DNA of 64,000 bases from Candidatus Bathyarchaeota archaeon (GCA_963707955.1 OY970176.1:1760001-1824000), one strand, 5' to 3'. Positions 49,911-60,157 are shown, counted from the first letter of the stretch. The notes: generated by a model from the letters alone, not told the origin. Numbers and translations are program-made.

Positions 49911-50237
49911 ATGGAGATATCGTTTGAGGAGTTTCAGAATCTTGACATCCGCGTCGGAAAAATCTTGGAAGCGAATCAGATTCCAGGCTCCCGAAACCTC
50001 ATTAGAATGATTGTTGACTTTGGAACTGAAAAGAGACAGGCGGTTGCAGGGCTGCTGCAATGGTACAAGCCTGAACAGCTTGTGGGCAAGAAATGCGCCT
50101 TCATCCTCAATTTACAGAGACGAAAACTCATGGGAATAGAATCGCAGTGCATGATCTTTGCGGCCGAAGACGACAAGGGTAGTGTTGTGATTCTTCAACC
50201 AGAGAAGGATATTGCGGAAGGCAGCAAGGTACACTAA
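49911..50237 (+). CDS. stand-alone tRNA-binding OB-fold protein (Trbp111/MetRS C-terminal/CsaA-like)
   Basis: ISFEEFQNLDIRVGKI, VDFG, NLQRRKLMGIESQCMI, GSKV. Confidence 0.9.
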   Translation: MEISFEEFQNLDIRVGKILEANQIPGSRNLIRMIVDFGTEKRQAVAGLLQWYKPEQLVGKKCAFILNLQRRKLMGIESQCMIFAAEDDKGSVVILQPEKDIAEGSKVH

Positions 50238-50253
50238 TCTGGGCAACTTTTTT

Positions 50254-51522
50254 CTAGCCAGTAAATTTGATTATTGCCTCAGCTTTTTCTTCGCTTTCAG
50301 CTACGTATTCAACCATTTCCTGGTCTAGGTCAAGCCACTTGGCAAGTCCAGCCGCCATTTCCACGTTGTTCTTGAAGATTATTCTCAAGTAGGGAAGTAC
50401 CTCTTTCGATGCTCTGACGGTTGAAATGTGGCATCTTCGCTTGATTTTGGATCCTATGCTGCGCTGAATTGCACGTTCAGCCCTGGACCTTGACAGCATC
50501 TGTATGCGCTGGGGGAACTTGAAGGGTATCCACCCAGATGTTTTGGTGCCCTGTCTAGCCATGGCCACGCCGGCGGTCATGTAGTCAATTACATAACGCA
50601 AGAAGCTCCAGTCTCGAGTTGCACGGATTCTGCCACGGTAGACATCCGCCACTGCCAATGCATCCATGGCATTAGCCAAGTCATGCGGGTCTGTAAAGTG
50701 CGCTGGAACGTTCTCATAGATCCATTCAAAGAGCATGTCAACGTCAACGTCAGCCATGTCCACCGCCTGCTTTGCGCCGAAACATGTTTTACCGTAGAAT
50801 ATCATTCTTAACACGTTGAAAATGCTGTCTTGTCGGTCGCGGTAGCCAAGCCAAGAAACATCTTCGTAGGTTAGCTTCTTCTTGCCCTGTCCGAGAGCCT
50901 GAAGGTCGTTCACAGCTGACCGTATGTCGCCTCCCGAGCGTTGAGCAATGAACTTAAGCGCGTTTTCATCTGACTGTATTCCCTCTTTTTCGCAAATCTT
51001 CTTGAGGTGTTTCGCGACTTCGCTTGCAGGCGGTTTCTTGAGCTCTATGAGGAGGCAATAGTTGCGAAGGCTAGAAAAACGTGGGTCGTACGCGTTGTTG
51101 GCGATTAGAACGATAGGGCACTGTGCTGTTTTCGCGACGTCAGTTATCGCTTTGACGCCTCCCCGGTCTGCAGTTCCAGTCAAACCGTCCAGTTCGTCTA
51201 GAAGGATGATTCTTTTTCCGCCGAACAAAGATCCATACTGCGAAGCGAGGCCAGCAAAGCGGTTTATCGCTTCTTCGGTTCGGTAGTCGCTGGCGTTTTT
51301 CTCTACAAACTCCATTTTATACTCGTTTGCGATGGCCTCCACAGTGACAGTTTTTCCGATGCCTGGTGATCCGTAGAGAAATGCGCATCTCTTTTTCGGT
51401 ACGCCTTTTTCCCATGATTTTATCCAGTTGACAAACTGTTGGATGGCTTCAGTGTTTCCTACAATTTCGGTCAGTGATTTTGGTTTGTGTCTAACGGTCC
51501 AGGCATCGTACAAGTCTAGCAC
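50254..51522 (-). CDS. rfcL: replication factor C large subunit
   Basis: WTVRHKP, GSPGIGKT, NASDYR, LLDELD, GDIRSAVNDLQ, WIYEN. Confidence 0.95.
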   Translation of the reverse strand: MLDLYDAWTVRHKPKSLTEIVGNTEAIQQFVNWIKSWEKGVPKKRCAFLYGSPGIGKTVTVEAIANEYKMEFVEKNASDYRTEEAINRFAGLASQYGSLFGGKRIILLDELDGLTGTADRGGVKAITDVAKTAQCPIVLIANNAYDPRFSSLRNYCLLIELKKPPASEVAKHLKKICEKEGIQSDENALKFIAQRSGGDIRSAVNDLQALGQGKKKLTYEDVSWLGYRDRQDSIFNVLRMIFYGKTCFGAKQAVDMADVDVDMLFEWIYENVPAHFTDPHDLANAMDALAVADVYRGRIRATRDWSFLRYVIDYMTAGVAMARQGTKTSGWIPFKFPQRIQMLSRSRAERAIQRSIGSKIKRRCHISTVRASKEVLPYLRIIFKNNVEMAAGLAKWLDLDQEMVEYVAESEEKAEAIIKFTG

Positions 51523-52494
51523 CTATTCTGCGTTCTTTAGTTCGTCACCTGCTTCAACAAGCCTGGCCAATAGTGCGCTCAACTGCACCTCTTCATCCGC
51601 GCCCTCAACAAGTCTATAGTCTACTTCACCAACGATGTCGGCAAGCTTGATCTTCCACTTTTCAGGCGTGTCTGATCTGAAGATTTCTGTGTGGATTTGG
51701 CGAATCAGGTCACTTCCAGACACGCCGTATTTCTGAATCATGTCGCGCAACTGCTTTCTCGCCTCCACAAAGTTGCCGTCCATGGCAACCTTGATCATTT
51801 TTTGCACGTCTGCCGGACTGGCCCTTCCAGTTATTGAGTACACGATTTTTGCATCTATGGGTTTACTCAACGACGCGGCTGACTGCAGGGTGTTGATTGC
51901 CTTTCTCAAGTCTCCGCCACAGACTTCAAAGATAGCGTCTAAGCCGTCAGATGAGATCTTCAATTTTTCTTTTTCAGCAATCTCCTTCAAATAGCGGTCC
52001 TGCTCTTCTCTGGGCAAATGCGTGAAACGGAAGGGTGCGCATCTTGACTGGATGGGTTCTATTATTCTTCCGCTGTAGTTTGCGCACAGGACGAAACGGC
52101 ATGTTTCCGTGAAGCGTTCCATCGTTCGCCTGAGAGCTTGCTGTGCGTCTGAGGTCATGTTGTCCGCTTCGTCCAGAATCATTATCTTAAACGGGATGTC
52201 TCCGATGGATTTGACTCTGGCGAAAGTCTTCACAGTTTCCCGAACAACATCAATTCCTCTCTCGTCACTCGCGTTCAACTCCATAATATGCTCTCTATAC
52301 ACATCACCATAAAGATCTCTTGTTAGGCAGAGAGCAACCGTTGTCTTCCCTGTTCCAGGCGGGCCAGCAAAGATGCAATGCGGCACGTTTCTTGACTTAG
52401 TGAAACTCTTTAAGCGTTCGACAATCTCCTTTTGATCGACCATCTCGCTTAACCTTTTAGGCCTGTACTTTTCAGCCCACATCTCAAAACTCAA
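51523..52494 (-). CDS. rfcS: replication factor C small subunit (no intein)
   Basis: WAEKYRP, GPPGTGKT, ELNASDERG, LDEAD, IQSRC. Confidence 0.97.
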   Translation of the reverse strand: MSFEMWAEKYRPKRLSEMVDQKEIVERLKSFTKSRNVPHCIFAGPPGTGKTTVALCLTRDLYGDVYREHIMELNASDERGIDVVRETVKTFARVKSIGDIPFKIMILDEADNMTSDAQQALRRTMERFTETCRFVLCANYSGRIIEPIQSRCAPFRFTHLPREEQDRYLKEIAEKEKLKISSDGLDAIFEVCGGDLRKAINTLQSAASLSKPIDAKIVYSITGRASPADVQKMIKVAMDGNFVEARKQLRDMIQKYGVSGSDLIRQIHTEIFRSDTPEKWKIKLADIVGEVDYRLVEGADEEVQLSALLARLVEAGDELKNAE

Positions 52495-52709
52495 CCTGAA
52501 TTATCCTCCTAGTTTATACGTAGTTTTCATGTACTAATAAAAGTATATTTGAGCAGAGAAGCCTGCCTTCCTCTATTTTATTGGCTTTGTGTTGGAAAAA
52601 TCGTTGGTTCTGAAGGATGTTTCCTTTCTAGCTCAAAGTAACGCTTAAATGCTGACTGATTTTACTCACTTTGCGCTAAAAAACTGGAAATTTGAAGGGA
52701 GTGAGAAAA

Positions 52710-54317
52710 ATGTCGGAACGTGTGCATAAAAACAGTGCTTATCTGAACGGTAAATCAACGTGTGGAACGCAAACGCGTGTCAAAGATACAAGCCCGACTA
52801 GCGGAATGTGCCCAATTTGCATTCGAGACTGTCCATTCTTGTGTGAAATAAGCATGTCAGCCTTTAGGGGAAGAGAGGCACTTTATCCAGAACCGGTGCA
52901 GTTTGGTTATAGCACCGCTGGTGCTCTGAAAGACTTCGGTTTGGACTGGTCGCACTTCAACATACAAGCAGGCCTATTCGATGCGCAGGGCATTGAGCAG
53001 AACTCGGACCTGACCGTTTTCCCGAACGTGAACATAGAGACCAAAGTGGGTGGCATACCCTTGAAAGTGCCGATCCTGGCTGGCGCATTCGGTTCAACAG
53101 ACGTTGCAAGACTGAACTGGGAAGGCTTGGCCATAGGAGCTGCGCTCTCTGGTGCATCAGTCATCGTTGGAGAGAACGTTTGTGGTATGGACGCTGAGGC
53201 CCAGATCACCGGTGGAAAAGTCACCCATTCGGAAGAGTTGAAGCGAAGAGTGGATCTGTTCCGAAAGTTCTGGGACAAGAAGTACGGAGAAGTGGTTGTT
53301 CAAACAAACGTGGAAGATCAGAGGCTTGGCGTCGATGTCTACGCTATCTCAAAGCTCGAAGTGAACGTCATCGAGAGAAAGTGGGGACAGGGTGCAAAGG
53401 CAATTGGCGGCGAAGTGCGAGTCAGAGACTTGGAAAAAGCCATATTGTTGAAGAAGAGAGGCTACATCGTGATTCCAGATCCGGAAGACAAGGCTGTTCA
53501 AGAAGCTTTCAAGGATGGAGTATTCAAGTCTTTTGAAAGGCACAGCAGAGTGGGCATTCCAAAGGAGAAAAGCTTTGTCGAGGACATCGAGTGGCTGAGA
53601 AAGCAGGGCGCAAAACACGTAACACTGAAAACAGGGGCCTACAGACCTTCAGCCGTTGCCTACACTATGAAGATAGCATCTGAAGCGAAGATCGATTATG
53701 TTTCATTCGACGGCGCAGGCGGCGGAACAGGCATGAGCCCTGTACCGATGATGGACGAAATGAGCATACCGACAGTCTACCTGGAAGCTTTGGTTCTAAA
53801 ATGTGCACAGATACTGAAGAAGAAGGGCCGCTATGTTCCAGACCTGGTTATGGCAGGAGGCTTCATAGAAGAGACATCTATCTTCAAGGCGATCGCGATG
53901 AGCAACTTCGGAGAAGGCCCGTTCATCAAAGCAGTACTTCTCGGACGCTCACCGATAACCGCAGCTTTCAAAGGAGGCTACTTCAAGCAGCTGGCTGAAG
54001 AAGGGAAGCTGCCAAAGGCATTTGCAGACAAGTTCGGAGCTACACCTGACAAATTCTTCATTGCCGCACCGGATTTGAAGACCAAGTACGGAGCACGCTT
54101 CAAAGAGATACCATGGGAAGCCGTCGGAGTCTACACCTACCTAACTGACAGAATCGGCGTCGGGCTCAAGCAAATGCTGGCTGGAAACAGAAAGTGGAAG
54201 CTGGATCTTATCAGCAGAAACGACCTGATGAGCCTATCTGAAAGAGCTGCAAAAGTTACAGGCATACCGATGCCCGATGAAGTAGAAAAAGATGCAGTCG
54301 AAAAAATCCTCGGCTAG
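52710..54317 (+). CDS. FMN-binding glutamate synthase family protein (no glutamine amidotransferase domain)
   Basis: KWGQGAK, LKTG, DGAGGGTG FMN-barrel motifs; N-terminal CPICIRDCPFLC. Confidence 0.85.
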   Translation: MSERVHKNSAYLNGKSTCGTQTRVKDTSPTSGMCPICIRDCPFLCEISMSAFRGREALYPEPVQFGYSTAGALKDFGLDWSHFNIQAGLFDAQGIEQNSDLTVFPNVNIETKVGGIPLKVPILAGAFGSTDVARLNWEGLAIGAALSGASVIVGENVCGMDAEAQITGGKVTHSEELKRRVDLFRKFWDKKYGEVVVQTNVEDQRLGVDVYAISKLEVNVIERKWGQGAKAIGGEVRVRDLEKAILLKKRGYIVIPDPEDKAVQEAFKDGVFKSFERHSRVGIPKEKSFVEDIEWLRKQGAKHVTLKTGAYRPSAVAYTMKIASEAKIDYVSFDGAGGGTGMSPVPMMDEMSIPTVYLEALVLKCAQILKKKGRYVPDLVMAGGFIEETSIFKAIAMSNFGEGPFIKAVLLGRSPITAAFKGGYFKQLAEEGKLPKAFADKFGATPDKFFIAAPDLKTKYGARFKEIPWEAVGVYTYLTDRIGVGLKQMLAGNRKWKLDLISRNDLMSLSERAAKVTGIPMPDEVEKDAVEKILG

Positions 54318-54328
54318 CACCAACCCTA

Positions 54329-54345
54329 TTTTTCTTTTTTTGTTT
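54329..54345 (+). terminator. oligo-T archaeal terminator-like tract after the glutamate-synthase-family gene
   Basis: ttttt c ttttttt g ttt directly downstream of the stop codon. Confidence 0.45.
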
Positions 54346-54406
54346 CTAAAGCGACGCGCAATATTAATAACGTCAAGCAGACAGAAGATCGTTGGAGTAA
54401 TCGTTT

Positions 54407-55657
54407 ATGGTAGAGACGCAGACAGCGTTAGCAGTAGCATTGGAGCAGTTAAAAATAGCTGCTGAGAAACTCGACCTTGACCCCGGATTGCACTGCATGT
54501 TAGCACGTCCCAAGAGATCCCTTATAGTCTCCATCACGGTGAAAATGGACGATGGCAACGTTAACGTTTTCACGGGTTGCCGAGTGCAGCATTGGGATGC
54601 TAGAGGACCGTTCAAGGGTGGAATAAGGTATCATCCGAATGTCACGTTTGACGAGGTTACTGCCTTAGCGATTTGGATGACGTGGAAATGCGCAGTCGTG
54701 GACATTCCGTACGGCGGCGCCAAGGGTGGAGTGTGCTGCAACCCAAAGAAAATGTCGAAAGGCGAACTGGAGCGACTGACCAGACGATTCACGACGCTTC
54801 TCTTCGATTTCATAGGGCCGTATCGCGATGTGCCCGCACCGGACGTGTACACCGACGCTCAAACCATGGCTTGGATAATGGACACCTACAGCCAGATCAG
54901 GGGTTACAGCGTCCCAGAATGTGTCACGGGGAAACCCATAAGCGTCGGCGGTTCAGAAGGCAGAGCCGAAGCCACCTCGCTCGGCGTGGTAGTATGCGCA
55001 AGAGAAGCAGCGAAGCAGTTAGGCCTGAAGCTTAGAGGATCCACGGTTGCGGTGCAAGGCTTTGGCAATGTCGGCTGGAACGCTGCCAAGATAGCCTATG
55101 ACCTTGGTTCCAAAGTCGTTGCAGTGAGTGATTCAATAGGAGGAATCTACTCTGCAAGGGGTCTGAACCCTTACGATGTGTACAAGCACAAGTCGAAAAC
55201 GGGTTCAGTGATCAACTACAAGGGAAGCCAAAACATAACGAACGAGGATGTCCTTGAAGCAAGATGCGACATACTTATCCCCGCAGCCTTAGAAAACCAG
55301 ATAAAGAAAACGAACGCAGACAAGATCAAAGCGAGAATCGTAGTTGAGGGTGCAAACGGGCCGACAACGCCTGAAGCCGACAGAGCTCTTCACGAGAAGG
55401 GAATCGTTCTCATTCCAGACATCTTGGCAAACTCTGGAGGCGTTGCGACAAGCTATTTTGAGTGGGTTCAGAATCTGACGCGAGAACATTGGACGTTGGA
55501 GGATGTGAACCGGAAACTGGAAGGCAAGATGATCAAGGCCTTCAATGATGTTCACAAGATGGCGAAGGAGGAGGAGAGTGACATGCGAACGGGGGCGTTG
55601 ATGCTGGGAGTGGGAAGAGTAGCGGAGGCGATTAAGACTCTGGGTCTCTGGCCGTAG
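54407..55657 (+). CDS. gdhA: glutamate dehydrogenase (Glu/Leu/Phe/Val family)
   Basis: GPFKGGIRYHP, MTWK, GGAKGG, DVPAPD, VTGKP, QGFGNVG, EGANGP, SYFEWVQN. Confidence 0.93.
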   Translation: MVETQTALAVALEQLKIAAEKLDLDPGLHCMLARPKRSLIVSITVKMDDGNVNVFTGCRVQHWDARGPFKGGIRYHPNVTFDEVTALAIWMTWKCAVVDIPYGGAKGGVCCNPKKMSKGELERLTRRFTTLLFDFIGPYRDVPAPDVYTDAQTMAWIMDTYSQIRGYSVPECVTGKPISVGGSEGRAEATSLGVVVCAREAAKQLGLKLRGSTVAVQGFGNVGWNAAKIAYDLGSKVVAVSDSIGGIYSARGLNPYDVYKHKSKTGSVINYKGSQNITNEDVLEARCDILIPAALENQIKKTNADKIKARIVVEGANGPTTPEADRALHEKGIVLIPDILANSGGVATSYFEWVQNLTREHWTLEDVNRKLEGKMIKAFNDVHKMAKEEESDMRTGALMLGVGRVAEAIKTLGLWP

Positions 55658-55817
55658 TGGCGCAGAGACACTTTCAGTCTTCTTTTTTCTCTGAAGAGCG
55701 AGAGATCGGATGCAGTTTCCAACTTTGTTATGCTCTTTAATCTAAACTTTTAAACTGTTCTTCTTATATCTGCTCTAAGTGATTTGCCTTAGAGTCAAGC
55801 GTGAGGAGGGGTAGCAG

Positions 55818-56384
55818 ATGGCGAAGACAGCTTCGATGAGAATGGACAGTTTGGACTTCATATTCCAGAATTCGCCCGTGAGGATCGTGGCCAACCGAAA
55901 TTGTGCAGAAATCAAGCTTGCGGGGTTGAGTGTTGGGCCCTTCGAGGAGGGAAACGAGTACGAGGTCAGTTATTGGGTGGCTTCAGAACTTGCAAAATCT
56001 GGAATTGTTCACTTTCACGCGGAAGACCAGCTTGACACTGGTAAGCTGGGCAAGATTCAGTGGACAGAGCGTGTCCAAACGGCTGGGCAGGTGTCTAAGC
56101 TTCCTGAGGGTTTTTATCCGAAGCTTCGGCGGTGTCTTGCAGAGTTGCGAGAAGGCGCTGCCAACAACCCTGAGAAGATGAAGGAGTATGAAAGAGCTGA
56201 TCAGTTGACGATGGACATCGTTAATTCTAGGTTGAAGAAGGTCGTGTCGATCGCGTCGGCGCCGGCCCAGACTGAGAGCAGGCTGAGAGATTTCACTGCA
56301 GAGGAGAGACTTCTGTACGAGCGGCTTTTCAGTGTTATCAATCATTGGAAGACGAAGATATTGGAGCGCGGGGGAGGGGAGTAG
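55818..56384 (+). CDS. GINS complex subunit Gins23-like
   Basis: B-domain-first pattern (EVSYWVASEL..G), LPEGFY, RLKKVV, TAEERLLY; directly abuts mcm. Confidence 0.8.
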   Translation: MAKTASMRMDSLDFIFQNSPVRIVANRNCAEIKLAGLSVGPFEEGNEYEVSYWVASELAKSGIVHFHAEDQLDTGKLGKIQWTERVQTAGQVSKLPEGFYPKLRRCLAELREGAANNPEKMKEYERADQLTMDIVNSRLKKVVSIASAPAQTESRLRDFTAEERLLYERLFSVINHWKTKILERGGGE

Positions 56385-58422
56385 ATGGTGGAAGAACTGG
56401 AAGTTGGAGACCCGCAGGAGCGTTTCCAGAATTTCTTGAAGACTGAGCAGTACCGGCAGAGGATCTCCCAGATGGCAATGTCTGGAAAGACGTCTTTGAC
56501 GGTTGATTTTGAAGACCTCCTAGCTTTTGACCAGAAGCTGACTGAAGAGCTTCTGGAAAGACCTGATGAGTACTTGAAGCACGCTAACAACGCGGCCTAT
56601 GCGCAACTGCAGATTGAGGACCCTGAGTATGCAGAGAAGATCGCGGGCTTAGTTGTCCGAATTGTGAAGCTTTTAGAGGCGGCGCCGTTGCGAAAGCTCG
56701 GCTCGGAGCAGATAGGCAAGCTCGTCATGGTTGAGGGCATCGTTGTTCGCTCGTCGCCGGTGCGGCCGATGGTGATGCAGGCCGTGTTCAAGTGTAAGAG
56801 GTGCGGGACGACGAACCCGGTGAACCAAGCAGGCAGCTTCCTTCGGGGACCTTTTGCTTGTAGCAGTCCAGACTGCAGGTCTAAGGGTCCTTTCGAGTTC
56901 GTTCAAGAGGAATCCACCTTCGTAGACTCGCAGGACCTGCGTGTTCAGGAGAGGCCAGAAGACCTTCCGCCGGGGCAGTTGCCCAGAACTTTAGGCATCA
57001 AGCTTGTCGGAGAGGAGATCGTTGATGTCGCGAGGCCGGGTGACGATGTCTCTGCTGTGGGTCAGGTCCGTGCGCAGGCGTCGACGCTTCCGGGGGTTGG
57101 AAAGCTTCGCACGTTCATTCTTCACTTGGAAGCTAACTCGATCGAGGTGTTGGGCAAGGAGCCTGAGACCGCTATGCCGTCGCCTGAGGAGGAGGAGAAG
57201 ATCGTTGCGCTCGCTAAAGATCCTTGGGTGCATCGAAAGATAGTGAGTTCGATTGCTCCGTCGATTTATGGTTACGACCATATCAAGGAGGCGATTATGT
57301 ACCTTCTCTTCGGCGGGGTGCCTAAGACTCTGCCGGACATCACGATACGGGGTGAGATGAACGCCTTGTTGGTTGGGGACCCTGGGACTGCCAAGTCTCA
57401 GCTGTTGATGTACGTTGCGCGGATCGCGCCGCGCGGGTTGTACACTTCTGGCCGTGGCACGACTGCTGCGGGCTTGACTGCTGCGGTGATCAGGGAGAAG
57501 GGCGGCGGGATGAGTCTTGAGGCTGGGGCTTTGGTGTTGGCTGACAAGGGAATCGCCTGCATCGATGAGATGGATAAGATGCGTCCAGAGGACAGGGTGG
57601 CCATTCATGAGGCTATGGAGCAGCACACCGTTTCAGTGGCGAAGGGCGGCATCGTTGCTACGCTTAACGCGAGGGCGGCTATACTTGCAGCGGCGAACCC
57701 TGCGTTGGGTAGGTACGAGCCGCATCGGACGGTTGCTGAGAACATCTCCTTGCCGGTTACGATACTTTCCAGGTTTGACCTGATCTTTGTTCTGAGGGAC
57801 GTTCCGAACAAGGAGTCAGACAGCAAGATGTCGATGCACATCCTTGAGCTTCATAGGAAGGGTGCAAGCCCGGTTGAGCCGCCGATCTCTGCGGAGCTGC
57901 TGCGGAAGTACATCAGTTATTCTAAGAGCGTCAAGCCCGTGTTGACTGACGAGGCTTTGAAGCGTCTGAACGATTTCTATCTGGCTATGCGTGCGGCAAG
58001 CGAGACTGAGGGCTCGCCTGTTGCGATCACCGCGCGTCAGCTTGGAGTCGCTTGTTCGCACGGCGGAGGCAAGAGCCCGTGCAGCATTGAGAAAGGAGGT
58101 TTTGGCTGAGGACGCTGAGGCTGCGGTGGCGATTATGAAGAGGTCACTGGAGGAGGTTGGGATAGACTTGTCTTCGTTCAAGATAGACATTGACATCATA
58201 ATGACAGGAAAGTCCAAGAGCATGAGGGACAGGTTGCAAGTGATCCTGACCACGCTGATGGACATGGAGAAGCAAACGGGGATGGTTGAAAGAGCCGCGT
58301 TGGAAGCTGAGCTTGAGGAGAAGTACAAGGTTTCGAGGGGTGACGCGGAGCGTCTTCTCGGACAGTTGCTGCGGGAGGGCACGATTTACGAGCCCAGGGA
58401 GGGCTACCTGAAGAAGACATAA
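56385..58422 (+). CDS. mcm: replicative helicase MCM; apparent +1 frameshift near 58043
   Basis: Zn finger CKRC/CSSPDC, GDPGTAKS, CIDEMDKM, LSRFD. ITARQL|ESLVR is split between frames; winged-helix end GTIYEPREG. Confidence 0.95.
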
Positions 58423-58648
58423 ACGTGTGATTTGGCTGACGCTACATCCCTGTATTCGCGTTTTGGCCTCGTCTATTCCACCTTCCCCCTCCCCCCTAGG
58501 GTGCTAGTACTGCACGTAGGCGCTGTGGAGGGCACTAATGGATTTGTATGGGCTTGAGGCTGAGCGCGTGCGAAGGACTTGGCAACGAGTCTGGGCAAGG
58601 GTGGCAACTTTCAATGCGCTTGACGGTCACCGAGGGCTCTACACGTGC

Positions 58649-60034
58649 TTAGACCATTTTCTTGGGGTCAAGCAGTCTGTCTAGGTCTCCTTTGATCTTC
58701 AAGTTTGCGTCGATTATCACTTGTTTTATGGTTTTGCCGGTTTTGGCTGCAGTCTGGGCTATTTCTGAAGCCTTGTCGTAGCCTATTATCGGAACCAGGT
58801 TTGTGACGATCATAAGGTTGCTTTCAAGCTGGGATCCGATGTGTTCCTCGTTTGCTTTCAGTCCGTCCAAGCAGTTTTTCACGAAGGAGTGAATCCCGTT
58901 CGTGAGAAGTTCAATCGCCTCGGTGAGGTTGGTGATCATTAACGGTTTGGTCACGTTCAGGTCGAGTGTGCTGCCGAAGGCTTCGGCAAACGAGATGGTT
59001 GTGTCGTTTCCCACGATTTGCAGGCAAACCTGTATCAGCGCTTCGGCCTGAGTGGGGTTGACTTTGCCGGGCATCATCGACGAGCCGGGTTCGTTTGCGG
59101 GAAGTGTGAGTTCTCCTAGGCCAGCACGTGGGCCGCTTCCCATCCAGCGGATGTCGTTGGCCATCTTTAAGGTTGAAAGGGCTAGGAGGCGCAGTTCGCC
59201 GCTTGCTTTTACGATTGAGTTGTGAGATGCGATTCCTTCAGCCTTGACCGGGTTGAGTCTGAAAGGAATACCCGTGATTTCTTTCAGGTAGGAAACCGTC
59301 AGCTTGCCGAAGTTCTTGTCAGCGTTCACTCCTGTTCCGACTGCCGTTCCCCCGATGGGAACGAGACAAAGCTCGTCACAAGCGTTTTTTATGCGTAGCT
59401 GGCTCTGTTGAACCTGTCTTTCGTAAACCTTAAACTCTGTGGACAGGCGGATAGGCACGGCGTCTTGAAGGTGCGTCCTGCCTACTTTCACGACGCCCCT
59501 GAATTCTCCTATTTTTCGTCGAAGGCTCTTCCTTAAAGTCTCAAGGGCTGGAAGCAGCTTAGAGTTCATGAGCTCTAGGGCACACAGATGCATGGCAGTT
59601 GGTATCACGTCATTCGACGACTGACTCATGTTCACGTGATCGTTCGGATGGACCGGAAACTTGCTTCCCAACGGATGCCCCAGAATCGCATTGGCTCTGT
59701 TCGCCAAGACTTCGTTCATGTTCATGTTTATCTGAGTCCCGGAACCTGTTTGAAAAACGTCAAGCGGAAACTGATCCAACCATTTATCTTCCTCCACGAC
59801 TTCATCAACCGCTTGAATTATCGCGTTCGCTCTACGTTCGTCTATTTCGCCAAGCTGAACATTTGCCTTCACACACGCCTTCTTCACCTTGGCCAAAGAG
59901 ATGATGAAAGACTTCGGGAACCTCCTGCCGCTTATCTGGAAGTTCAGAATCGCTCTCTGAGTGTTTATTCCCCAGTACGCGCCCTTTGGAACCAGCATCT
60001 CCCCGAGCATGTCTCGTTCTTTTCTGGTCTTCAT
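58649..60034 (-). CDS. fumC: class II fumarate hydratase
   Basis: QTGSGT, HPNDHVNMSQSSND, GRTHLQDA, GSSMMPGKVNP; start uncertain (60034-60043). Confidence 0.9.
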   Translation of the reverse strand: MKTRKERDMLGEMLVPKGAYWGINTQRAILNFQISGRRFPKSFIISLAKVKKACVKANVQLGEIDERRANAIIQAVDEVVEEDKWLDQFPLDVFQTGSGTQINMNMNEVLANRANAILGHPLGSKFPVHPNDHVNMSQSSNDVIPTAMHLCALELMNSKLLPALETLRKSLRRKIGEFRGVVKVGRTHLQDAVPIRLSTEFKVYERQVQQSQLRIKNACDELCLVPIGGTAVGTGVNADKNFGKLTVSYLKEITGIPFRLNPVKAEGIASHNSIVKASGELRLLALSTLKMANDIRWMGSGPRAGLGELTLPANEPGSSMMPGKVNPTQAEALIQVCLQIVGNDTTISFAEAFGSTLDLNVTKPLMITNLTEAIELLTNGIHSFVKNCLDGLKANEEHIGSQLESNLMIVTNLVPIIGYDKASEIAQTAAKTGKTIKQVIIDANLKIKGDLDRLLDPKKMV

Positions 60035-60157
60035 AAGCATCAAGCTCCTCTGTCGAACCTCTCGAATACAAATGTTTCTACGAACCATAGATGTGCGCGA
60101 ACTAGAAAAACGCTCTATATAAGATGCGGGTACGCCATTCTAAAGCTTGTGAAAGTC

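Noticed and set aside
52495-52709. Replication origin (ORB-like AACTGGAAATTTGAAGGGAG) between rfcS and the glutamate-synthase-family gene
   Set aside because: Single partial match lacking the TCCA half, overlapping the SD of the next gene; no repeated ORBs and no cdc6/orc1 in the window
56385-58422. mcm as a pseudogene, split gene or programmed frameshift
   Set aside because: The gene is essential, both parts are intact, there is no slippery heptamer, and a single extra base explains it; a sequencing error is more likely
59588-60157. Long N-terminal extension of the LMW phosphatase (326-aa ORF)
   Set aside because: It overlaps fumC on the opposite strand; the recognisable domain starts at ATG 60158
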